From the IMG/VR virus record IMGVR_UViG_3300008110_010375: a DNA stretch of 64,000 bases; one strand, 5' to 3'. The position numbers and the translations under genes are program-made. The stretch comes from a virus. The notes under the pieces were generated by a model. The model was not told the origin of the DNA. It saw only the letters and a list, made by a program, of their open reading frames with translations, and made no database searches. Shown piece after piece: positions 56,398 to 64,000 of this stretch (the first letter of the stretch is position 1; each line of letters starts with the position of its first letter).

Positions 56398-57314
56398 TGG
56401 GTGATTGGTCAAAATTAATAACAGTTAACTTTGTAGGTGGTTATTGTGGAGATTTCATTTGCTCTCTTGTGTATAACAGCTATTATGGCTCTCAAGTAGA
56501 TTTTTTTAATAGTGTAACCAAAGCTAAATTTAGTCCTAACATGGCGAGCTTTAAAAATATAGCTTTTGAAGGTGAAGGACTAAGAAACTTTGATATGATT
56601 ACTAATCTTTATTATAATAATGATTTTTATTCAACGTTCGTTAATGATATCAATAGAGTTAGTGATAATATAGATTTTTTTGATTATGCTTATTCCCATG
56701 TTGCAAAAATTTATAGAACTTGTTATGATCCCGACAAACAAACATTTATTAATAATGTTCTTGACTACTGCAGAAATGTAGTCCCTAGTGATCTAAAAGA
56801 TTTTACAATTATTACTCATCATTCTACTGATACTAGAATTCCAGAATTCAAATTTAGTAACATTTTTTTAGGATCACATAATATTGCTATTGTTAGCTCT
56901 GATTCAAAATTTGACAGATATTTTAGACTTTTAGGATATCATAAGTTTTATAAAAGATTATATACAGATAGAACATTAAAACAAGCATTTCAACAGATGA
57001 GAGCTTTAGAATCAGAATTTTTGATAAGTTGTGAAAGATCTGTTCTTAACGATATGGGTGAAATTAAAATTTACGTAGATAAATTTCTTTTCAGCAATGA
57101 CTTTACATATGTTAAACAAATGGAAGATATATTTTCTTCTATAATGGGAAAGCAAATAGTCTTTAACAAAGATGCTATTAAAACATATAGAGAAAACAAT
57201 AGAAAGATTTATTCACGATACTTAAACATCCCAGAAGATTTTGATCATGTTGATCCAATCAATGTATCAAAGATAAATGCTTTTATGGATGATGTAGAGG
57301 GTAAGAATGTCTAA
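56397..57314 (+). CDS. Paralog family member 5 (very AT-rich insert)
   Basis: MGDWSKLITVNFVGGYCGDFICSL; YVDKFLF. Confidence 0.7.
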   Translation: MGDWSKLITVNFVGGYCGDFICSLVYNSYYGSQVDFFNSVTKAKFSPNMASFKNIAFEGEGLRNFDMITNLYYNNDFYSTFVNDINRVSDNIDFFDYAYSHVAKIYRTCYDPDKQTFINNVLDYCRNVVPSDLKDFTIITHHSTDTRIPEFKFSNIFLGSHNIAIVSSDSKFDRYFRLLGYHKFYKRLYTDRTLKQAFQQMRALESEFLISCERSVLNDMGEIKIYVDKFLFSNDFTYVKQMEDIFSSIMGKQIVFNKDAIKTYRENNRKIYSRYLNIPEDFDHVDPINVSKINAFMDDVEGKNV

Positions 57315-57849
57315 TTTAACCAAAGAACACAGTGATGCATTTGAACATCACATGGCAAAAGCAAAAGAGATTCATGACAAGCAGCCTCATGACTTTCACG
57401 ACATCGTTGGGAAGCACGCCGAACACATCACGACGTACATAAACCAAACGGTGCGCAGCGGTACGAAGCCGACGACCAAGGGTCTTAGGGCACACATCGC
57501 GGCTAGACACCAGAAGAACATAGACGCGGTCAGCACACCAGCGGCCAAGGCGAAGAAGACGGAGTCGATGAACGCCGATCTCGCACATCACGACACCCAT
57601 GAGCAGCACTTTGTAAACGCTCTCAAGATACACCATCACATCCAAGCGGCCAAGGACATATTGGTCGACGGTTTGAACAAAGCCTCGAAGCAGCACAACC
57701 CACTCGAGCACCACATCGATGGGAAGGAGACGCATCCCGAAGGCTACGTCGCACATCACAATGGACAGTCGATTAAACTAGTGAACAGGGGCGAGTTCTC
57801 ACGAGCGAACTTCGCGGCGACTAAAGCATGGAAGACTGGTCAAAGCTGA
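57307..57849 (+). CDS. RNA-ligase-like (DUF6267-type) protein, C-terminal half
   Basis: YIN..VR, PEGYV (motif IV), KLVNRGEFSRANF (motif V). Confidence 0.7.
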   Translation: MSNLTKEHSDAFEHHMAKAKEIHDKQPHDFHDIVGKHAEHITTYINQTVRSGTKPTTKGLRAHIAARHQKNIDAVSTPAAKAKKTESMNADLAHHDTHEQHFVNALKIHHHIQAAKDILVDGLNKASKQHNPLEHHIDGKETHPEGYVAHHNGQSIKLVNRGEFSRANFAATKAWKTGQS

Positions 57850-58550
57850 TCACCATAAACTACCCGCACGGGTACCATGGTGACTTCATCGCATGCCTCA
57901 TAACCAACACCAAGCCGATTCTCAGCGAGGGCCTCACCGCGACCTACACGACTCCAGAGGTGACGTCGTCGTTCGGTGTAAAGAACCTCGATGCGATCGT
58001 TGGTATGCACCTAAGCATGGACTGCAGGCACGTCTTATTCGATGATGAGTCTGAGTTCGCCAGAAGACAGGTTAACTACTACAGCCAGCTTCACGGCGAA
58101 GACTTTAGGCAGAACTTGAAAGAAGACCTTCGCTGGAAGCTCGATCACCTGCACGGAGTGAAGACGGTCTTCAACACCCACTACTGCAAGCACCAATCTT
58201 TCCTTCCGCTGCAAGAGGTGTTTCCCGGATCCCTCAACGTCTACCTTACGCTTGAGAACCCCAACAACAAACGAATATATGACTTCTTGTTTGAGCATAA
58301 GATACTGCACCACTACAGAAACATGACGGCGTATAGGTTCTATAGAAACCATCACAGCGATCCTCGAGACGCCGAGAAACCCATATACGTCGACAGGCTC
58401 ATGGCCGAAGATGGATACGTGTACGCGAAGATCGTTGAGCACATGTTCGACAGCTGGTTCGACCTCGAGGCCTTAAGCGAATACAAGCGACTGAACAAAG
58501 AACTACTTCTACAGAATGGATACGAATATGAAGCTCTTGATCACTGGTAA
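57828..58550 (+). CDS. Paralog family member 6
   Basis: MEDWSKLITINYPHGYHGDFIACL; YVDRL. Confidence 0.7.
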   Translation: MEDWSKLITINYPHGYHGDFIACLITNTKPILSEGLTATYTTPEVTSSFGVKNLDAIVGMHLSMDCRHVLFDDESEFARRQVNYYSQLHGEDFRQNLKEDLRWKLDHLHGVKTVFNTHYCKHQSFLPLQEVFPGSLNVYLTLENPNNKRIYDFLFEHKILHHYRNMTAYRFYRNHHSDPRDAEKPIYVDRLMAEDGYVYAKIVEHMFDSWFDLEALSEYKRLNKELLLQNGYEYEALDHW

Positions 58551-59094
58551 CCCTGAGTTCGGTCTAGCCAGAGCGCTGCATGAGATATACCCCGACGCCG
58601 ATTTTATAAGCAGGAAGACCGGTCACGACCTATGTAAGAAGGAGCATAGGCGATGGGTCGCCGTCGAGTGCATCGGGTACGACGTCTTAATAAACAACTC
58701 CGCCCTACACGAGTTCAACCAGACCCTATTGCTCGAGGAGGTGTACACCGCCGCTCTGAAGTACAGCCATAACCTGCACATCATAAACATCGGCAGCACC
58801 ACGGACAAAACGAACTCATCGCGCGTCTGGATGTACAACGCCGAGAAGAAGGCGCTCAGGGACGTCAACAACACGATGGGTCTCGCGGCAAACTGGAGGA
58901 AGGATGAGGGGCCTAAGGTGACCTACATAAGCTTCGGTACGCTATCGAACAACCAGCACAAGCACCCCGATCGCAGGTGCATAGACATCGAGCAGGCGGC
59001 GAGGTATATAAAGTGGGTGGTGGATCAACCCAAGTACTTGTCTATAAATGAGTTGAGCATCGACAGGATGCAGAGTGACACATGGATCAGCTGA
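58528..59094 (+). CDS. Short-chain dehydrogenase/reductase-like protein
   Basis: LITG...GLA, INNS, INIGS, YNAEK (YxxxK). Confidence 0.75.
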   Translation: MKLLITGNPEFGLARALHEIYPDADFISRKTGHDLCKKEHRRWVAVECIGYDVLINNSALHEFNQTLLLEEVYTAALKYSHNLHIINIGSTTDKTNSSRVWMYNAEKKALRDVNNTMGLAANWRKDEGPKVTYISFGTLSNNQHKHPDRRCIDIEQAARYIKWVVDQPKYLSINELSIDRMQSDTWIS

Positions 59095-60191
59095 GCTGGA
59101 GCAACTACGACTTCACCAAGATACCGTTCGACAGGATCGTGAAGGTCGGTCAGCGAACGATGCTGTATCGCGATATGTTCGTGGTGAGCTGGATCCTTGG
59201 TAGGTTCTGCAACTACAACTGCTCCTACTGCTGGCCGTACGCAAACAGCCGCACCAAGGATCACCGACCGACCGAGCTCTGCCTCAAGACGATCGATGAG
59301 ATCAAGCGCCAGTCGCGAAGGAACGGCTTCAACAGCTACCACTTCAGCTTGTCGGGAGGCGAGCCGACCTTCCATCCGGGATACCTAGACATACTTCAGC
59401 ACCTAGCCGACGACGTCCCAAACTGCAACTACACCTCGGTCCACATGACGTCGAACTGCTCGCAGAGCATGAAGTTCTTTGAGAAGTACGTTCGCATCGC
59501 GTCGAACTTCAACCGAGCGTCGGTGACCGCGAGCTTTCACAAGGAGCACCTCAACACGCCTGAGAAGGTCGCGGAGTTCGCCGACAAGCTTGAGTTCTTT
59601 CAGAGCTGGGACATACAGGTCACGATCAACATGGTCATGGTGCCGCAGTGGTTCTATGAGCTCTACGACGAGGCGATGTACTTCCACGATCGCGGGATCA
59701 ACGTCACGCTCAAGCCGCAGAGCGACCCTAAGGCTTCGGTCGTCGTTCCGGGATACACCGACCACATGCTGCAGATCCTATGGAACGGGATGCCGCAGAG
59801 GTTCTTCACCGACACCAAGAAGAAGTTCATCAGGCCCAAGCCTAAGAAGCCCTTGGAAGACATCGCGATTGAGAACGACAACAAGGTTCCTCAGGACTTT
59901 CAGGTCGAGCTCACCGACGAGCTCGGGAACAAGTGGTACATGGATCAGTCGGAGAGGTTCAACGCCTTCAACTTCAATAAGTTCGAGGGATGGATGTGCA
60001 ACTCAGGATACCAGTCCTGCATCATCCGCGAGCCCGATGGGTCGATCAAGAGAAGCTACAGCTGCCACGACAAGCCGCTCGGAAACATCGAGACCGGATT
60101 CGAGCTCTTTCCTAAACCGGTCATATGCACGACCAAGACCTGCGTCTCAAGCGCGGACAGCAAGATACCAAAGAGGTTGATGAATGTCTAA
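59082..60191 (+). CDS. Radical SAM protein with C-terminal twitch/SPASM-like domain
   Basis: CNYNCSYC, SGGEPT, C-terminal C..G...C...C....C. Confidence 0.88.
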   Translation: MDQLSWSNYDFTKIPFDRIVKVGQRTMLYRDMFVVSWILGRFCNYNCSYCWPYANSRTKDHRPTELCLKTIDEIKRQSRRNGFNSYHFSLSGGEPTFHPGYLDILQHLADDVPNCNYTSVHMTSNCSQSMKFFEKYVRIASNFNRASVTASFHKEHLNTPEKVAEFADKLEFFQSWDIQVTINMVMVPQWFYELYDEAMYFHDRGINVTLKPQSDPKASVVVPGYTDHMLQILWNGMPQRFFTDTKKKFIRPKPKKPLEDIAIENDNKVPQDFQVELTDELGNKWYMDQSERFNAFNFNKFEGWMCNSGYQSCIIREPDGSIKRSYSCHDKPLGNIETGFELFPKPVICTTKTCVSSADSKIPKRLMNV

Positions 60192-60855
60192 CCAACAGTT
60201 TACGGTGAAGCAAGTTCCCGGATACGAAGCAAAAGTCAGGCGTGAGAAGATCGACGACGTCGATGAGTGGCTCTGGCCTTGGGACGACCAAGGCCTATGG
60301 CTCGGGCCGAGTCAGGAGTGGTCACCGATCAAGGAGCTGATCCTTGAACACTGCCCATCTAGACATACGGTGTTGCAGGCCGGAGGCGCCTGCGGCATGT
60401 ACCCGAGGCTGCTGTCGAACATATTCGAGCGGGTGGTGACGTTCGAGCCCGATCCGATCAACTTCTTCTTCCTATCGCACAACTGCAAGGACAAGCGCAT
60501 CACCAAGATCAACGGGGTCTTAGGCAACGAGAACAGGTGGTCAACCTTCTGCTACCCAGCGGAAAACAACCGAGGAACCGGATCGATCAACTTCAACGCC
60601 GACGATCCTACGGCCGGCGACACCGTGATGTTCCGCGGGGACAGCATGGTCTTTAAGAAGCTTGACCTGATCTACCTCGACATCGAGGGCGGAGAGTACA
60701 ATGCAATCACAGGATTGATAAATACAATTAGACTACATAAACCCGTAATCATATGTGAAAACGCGCACGCCGGACCATTAGACTACCTGACTCAGTTCGG
60801 ATACAAGGCGATCGCGCGATCTCACTCAGACACCCTAATGAAGATCGAAGAATGA
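60184..60855 (+). CDS. FkbM-family methyltransferase
   Basis: QAGGACG, FEPDP, LDIEGGE, ICE. Confidence 0.82.
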   Translation: MSNQQFTVKQVPGYEAKVRREKIDDVDEWLWPWDDQGLWLGPSQEWSPIKELILEHCPSRHTVLQAGGACGMYPRLLSNIFERVVTFEPDPINFFFLSHNCKDKRITKINGVLGNENRWSTFCYPAENNRGTGSINFNADDPTAGDTVMFRGDSMVFKKLDLIYLDIEGGEYNAITGLINTIRLHKPVIICENAHAGPLDYLTQFGYKAIARSHSDTLMKIEE

Positions 60856-62828
60856 GCACTAACGACACCGGAACTTCAGGGTCCCCTAAGGGCAGCAAGA
60901 AGCTTCAAGCTCGAAAGGTCAATGACGACATTGAGAAGAAGGGTGCCACGATCAGCGGCGGGAAGCCTAACCCGATCAACATCAATCCGGTTCAGGAGCA
61001 GGCCGAGCAGACGGCCGTCACAAACCTCAACATGAGGGCGCAGCCTCTCCATAAAGGGCACGTCAAAGTCATACAGGCGGTCGAGGACGAAGCCAAGCGC
61101 GTCGGCGGATCGGCCCACATCGTCACCTCGCACTCAGAGGGCGACGAGAAGAACCCGATTCCCGTGTCTAAGAAGATGAGCTACCTGCGCAAGGTGGCCT
61201 CCCAAGGCACGCACGTCATGTCGACGTCTAGGGAAGCACCGAGCCCGCTTCACACCGCGGCGCGTCTCAACAGGCACGCCCACCACCTAGTCGTGGTCGC
61301 GGGCAGCGATCGCGCCGGCGAGTACGAGAAGCTTCTCAACAAGTACAACGGTAAAGAGGGCCCTCACGGGTACTACAACTTCAAGTCGATCAAGGTCAAG
61401 TCGATAGGACGCGATCCCGACGCCGAGGGAACCGAGGGGATCTCCGGCACCAAGATGCGTGAGCACGCCAAGAGCGGGAACATCTCCGGATTCAAAGCGG
61501 GACTTCCACCTGAGCTGCACCAGCACGCGGAGGAGATGATGAGCGACATCAACAAATCAAGCAAGAAGAAGGTCAGGGAGAGCGTTGATGAGACGTTCAC
61601 CGAGAAGTTCATCGACACAGCGGACACCGAGAAAGTTCTCGAAGCGATCGAGACCGCACACCGCGAAGCCCTCGCCCGCAGGGGAGACAGGAAGAAGCTC
61701 GAGTACGTCGCGCGCAAGGACCAAGATCGCAAGACGAGCTCGGTGCCGTATCGCCAAGACTCGATAAAGAAGCAGATCGTCGACGAGGACGCGCTCAACG
61801 TTTCCCTCAACAACAAGTTCAAGACCGCTTCGACACCTAAGCTTCCGAATACAAAAGACTTCAATCCATCCATGTTCAAAGACAAACCAGCGGGCGCGAA
61901 GATGCCGAACACCAAAGACTTCAACCCACCGATGTTCAACAAGGAAGCCTACGGCAAGGGATACAAATCGCCCGCGGACAAGATCGCCGCTGCCGCTAAG
62001 AGGTTGGGAAAGAAGGACCCGCTTCAGGGCATGGCTGACGCCGCTGAGAGGCTCAAGCAGAACGCCGCCGACTATCAGAAGATAGTCGATAAAGACAAGA
62101 AGAACGAAGAGGTCGAGCGTGTCGATGAAGTCTCAAAAGAATTGATAGGTCAAGTGAACAAGAAGCGCACCCTGCAGAACATCCCGTCGAAGACTAAGAA
62201 GGCTTCCGACGTCCTCAACCGCGGTCTCATGCGCGCGGCTGGAATCAAGCCGCCGGTTCAGAAGGAAGAAGCCGTCGAAGAGGAGCGCAAGGGTCTTTGG
62301 GCGAACATCTGGGCTAGGCGCCGCGCCGGCAAGCGGATGCGCAAGCCCGGTGAAAAGGGCGCGCCGTCGGCTGAAGCTTTGAAGTCGGCTCAAGAGTCGA
62401 TTGAGATCGATGAAGCGGCGAGCGCAGGTTTAGCGGCTAAGGCGAGCAAGTCGGGCATATCACTCTCTACGCTACAGAAAGTCTACCGCCGCGGCGTGGC
62501 TGCATGGAACTCAGGACACCGTCCCGGCACCACACCACAGCAGTGGGGCATGGCTCGAGTCAACTCCTACATCGCCAAGGGCAAGGGAACATACGGCGGC
62601 GCCGACAAAGACCTTCACGAGATGGAGGAGAACTACTCTTCCAGCAACCCAAAGTACCACGCGGGATTAAGCGCGTCGACAAAAGCGGCACGCGTCGCAC
62701 ACTGGAAGCGTGCCGACAAGATGTCTGATCGCGATCCACGTGCTTACGAGCCAGCGCCGGGTGATAAGACCGCGAAGACGAAACCAAGCAAGTACACGAA
62801 AGCGTACCACAAGAAGTACGGAGACTGA
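60852..62828 (+). CDS. Cytidyltransferase-like domain plus multi-module basic C-terminal region
   Basis: PLHKGH, VAGSDR, ISGTKMR; then GLWANI and VYRRG.AAW...QWGMARVNS modules. Confidence 0.7.
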   Translation: MSTNDTGTSGSPKGSKKLQARKVNDDIEKKGATISGGKPNPININPVQEQAEQTAVTNLNMRAQPLHKGHVKVIQAVEDEAKRVGGSAHIVTSHSEGDEKNPIPVSKKMSYLRKVASQGTHVMSTSREAPSPLHTAARLNRHAHHLVVVAGSDRAGEYEKLLNKYNGKEGPHGYYNFKSIKVKSIGRDPDAEGTEGISGTKMREHAKSGNISGFKAGLPPELHQHAEEMMSDINKSSKKKVRESVDETFTEKFIDTADTEKVLEAIETAHREALARRGDRKKLEYVARKDQDRKTSSVPYRQDSIKKQIVDEDALNVSLNNKFKTASTPKLPNTKDFNPSMFKDKPAGAKMPNTKDFNPPMFNKEAYGKGYKSPADKIAAAAKRLGKKDPLQGMADAAERLKQNAADYQKIVDKDKKNEEVERVDEVSKELIGQVNKKRTLQNIPSKTKKASDVLNRGLMRAAGIKPPVQKEEAVEEERKGLWANIWARRRAGKRMRKPGEKGAPSAEALKSAQESIEIDEAASAGLAAKASKSGISLSTLQKVYRRGVAAWNSGHRPGTTPQQWGMARVNSYIAKGKGTYGGADKDLHEMEENYSSSNPKYHAGLSASTKAARVAHWKRADKMSDRDPRAYEPAPGDKTAKTKPSKYTKAYHKKYGD

Positions 62829-62829
62829 C

Positions 62830-63171
62830 ATGAAGACCTTTAAACAGTTCAAGGAAGAGGGCTGTGGCGACGACTGCGAGTGCAGGAAAGAGGGCATCGA
62901 TGAAGCCGCCGTCGACTCAAAGGGCTTCCGCAGCTCAACCGGCGGCTTGACCCAGAAGGGCCGCGACTACTACAACCGTAAGACCGGCGGCAACCTTCAG
63001 GCGCCTGTGACGACCAAGCCGTCGAAGCTCAAGAAGGGATCGAAGGCTGCCAACCGTCGCAAGTCCTTCTGCGCCCGCATGGGTGGCATGAAGAAGCGCT
63101 TGACATCGGCGAAGACCGCGCGCGATCCAGACTCACGGATCAACAAAGCGTTGAGAAAGTGGAACTGCTGA
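62830..63171 (+). CDS. Basic protein (DUF6321-like) with capsid-targeting-like N-terminus
   Basis: MKTFKQFKEE; GGLTQKGR, RRKSFCARM, ALRKWNC. Confidence 0.65.
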   Translation: MKTFKQFKEEGCGDDCECRKEGIDEAAVDSKGFRSSTGGLTQKGRDYYNRKTGGNLQAPVTTKPSKLKKGSKAANRRKSFCARMGGMKKRLTSAKTARDPDSRINKALRKWNC

Positions 63172-63353
63172 TGAAGACCTTCAAGTCTTACGTATCTAAG
63201 CTTTCAGTGCCGGCAGGAACAACCGGAAAGCGAAGGGAGTGGAACCCTCCCCTCGTCGGCGTGCGCATGGCCGATGGTAAGATAAAGAAGCTCCCTCCCG
63301 GAAAGAGCGGTAGCTCAGGCGGCGGCGGTGCCGGAAACGGTGGAGGCGACTGA
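63171..63353 (+). CDS. Small basic protein with Gly-rich tail
   Basis: MKTFKSY...PGKSGSSGGGG. Confidence 0.55.
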   Translation: MKTFKSYVSKLSVPAGTTGKRREWNPPLVGVRMADGKIKKLPPGKSGSSGGGGAGNGGGD

Positions 63354-64000
63354 TGGCACAGTTTAGGAAAGACACACACAAATACTTAGGCGACGGAACC
63401 ACCATCTTTGAGGTGATGATGCTCGCCGATCAGTACGGTAACCTCGTAGGTCCTGCAAACCCTTCAGGCATGGCGGTCGATGCATTTGGCCGTGCACGCA
63501 TGTCGACTCCTCTTACGCTGTTTGATTCTTCCCATCGCTACAAAGACAACGGACTTTGGTCAACTTCCAACACATCTACTGCAACATACAGTTTCAATGC
63601 AAACGCTGGGTTGATTGAACTTAACTTGGACACGACCGCGAACGCTGAGATCATCAGAGAAACCACCAAGGTATTTTCTTACCAGCCGGGAAAGTCCCTT
63701 CAGTCGCTTCACACCTTCGTATTCAACACTGCTAAGTCTGGGCTGCGGCAAAGGGTTGGATACTTTGGTGCGCTGCGGCAAAGGGTTGGATACTTTGGTG
63801 CACAGAACGGTATATTCTTGGAGCAGGATGGAACCAACGTATACTTCGTGGAGAGGTCTTACGTCGAAGGTTCCGTATCTGAAACTAGGGTGGCTCAAGC
63901 TAACTGGAACATCGATACGCTTCTCGGCGCCGTTTCATCGAGCCCATCTCAAATCACTCTTGATCTAACGAAAGCGCAGATCTTATTCATAGACATCGAG
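63353..64000 (+). CDS. Putative virion structural protein (3' truncated by window)
   Basis: Hand translation MAQFRKDT...DAFGRARMSTPLTLFD...YQPGKS...RVGYF; open to window end. Confidence 0.65.
   Translation, partial: MAQFRKDTHKYLGDGTTIFEVMMLADQYGNLVGPANPSGMAVDAFGRARMSTPLTLFDSSHRYKDNGLWSTSNTSTATYSFNANAGLIELNLDTTANAEIIRETTKVFSYQPGKSLQSLHTFVFNTAKSGLRQRVGYFGALRQRVGYFGAQNGIFLEQDGTNVYFVERSYVEGSVSETRVAQANWNIDTLLGAVSSSPSQITLDLTKAQILFIDIE
63742..63801 (+). repeat. Exact 30-bp tandem duplication
   Basis: GCTGCGGCAAAGGGTTGGATACTTTGGTGC x2, in frame. Confidence 0.95.

Noticed and set aside
56397-57314. Group I intron or intein in the ligase-like gene
   Set aside because: The upstream half ends in a stop, the insert is wholly coding, and no LAGLIDADG, GIY-YIG, HNH or intein terminal motifs are visible
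63560-63968. Track ORFs 63560-63898 (-) and 63615-63968 (+)
   Set aside because: Alternative frames of the gene starting at 63353 that runs off the window

Overview
A 64-kb segment of a T4-like myophage genome; the host is probably an alphaproteobacterium (inferred from a DUF1127 protein, an 'ATDLP'-type outer-membrane protein and a Rhizobiales-style secreted protein). Core genes are uvsW, gp55, gp47, gp46, gp45, gp44, gp62, regA, gp43, uvsX, gp41 and thyX. A DNA-modification cluster contains a MazG-like NTPase, a PD-(D/E)xK-like ORF, a DUF1599-like ORF, dCMP hydroxymethylase, dCMP deaminase, a UDG-like ORF, alpha-glucosyltransferase, an atypical C5-cytosine methyltransferase, a DUF3310-like ORF and a GT-A glycosyltransferase. 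Host-like genes are def, hsp20, pstS with a Pho box, speD and a tagD-like gene. There are five intact tRNAs, one degenerate tRNA and two tRNA-like remnants. A large dispersed set of tailoring enzymes is present: six radical SAM units, two amidinotransferases, two QueC-like PP-loop proteins, several methyltransferases, and PLP, 2OG and SDR enzymes. A six-member paralog family with a [YF]xxGxxG[DS]F motif stands out; one AT-rich member splits an RNA-ligase-like gene that carries a T4 capsid-targeting sequence. All calls come from motif recognition by eye; no searches were run.
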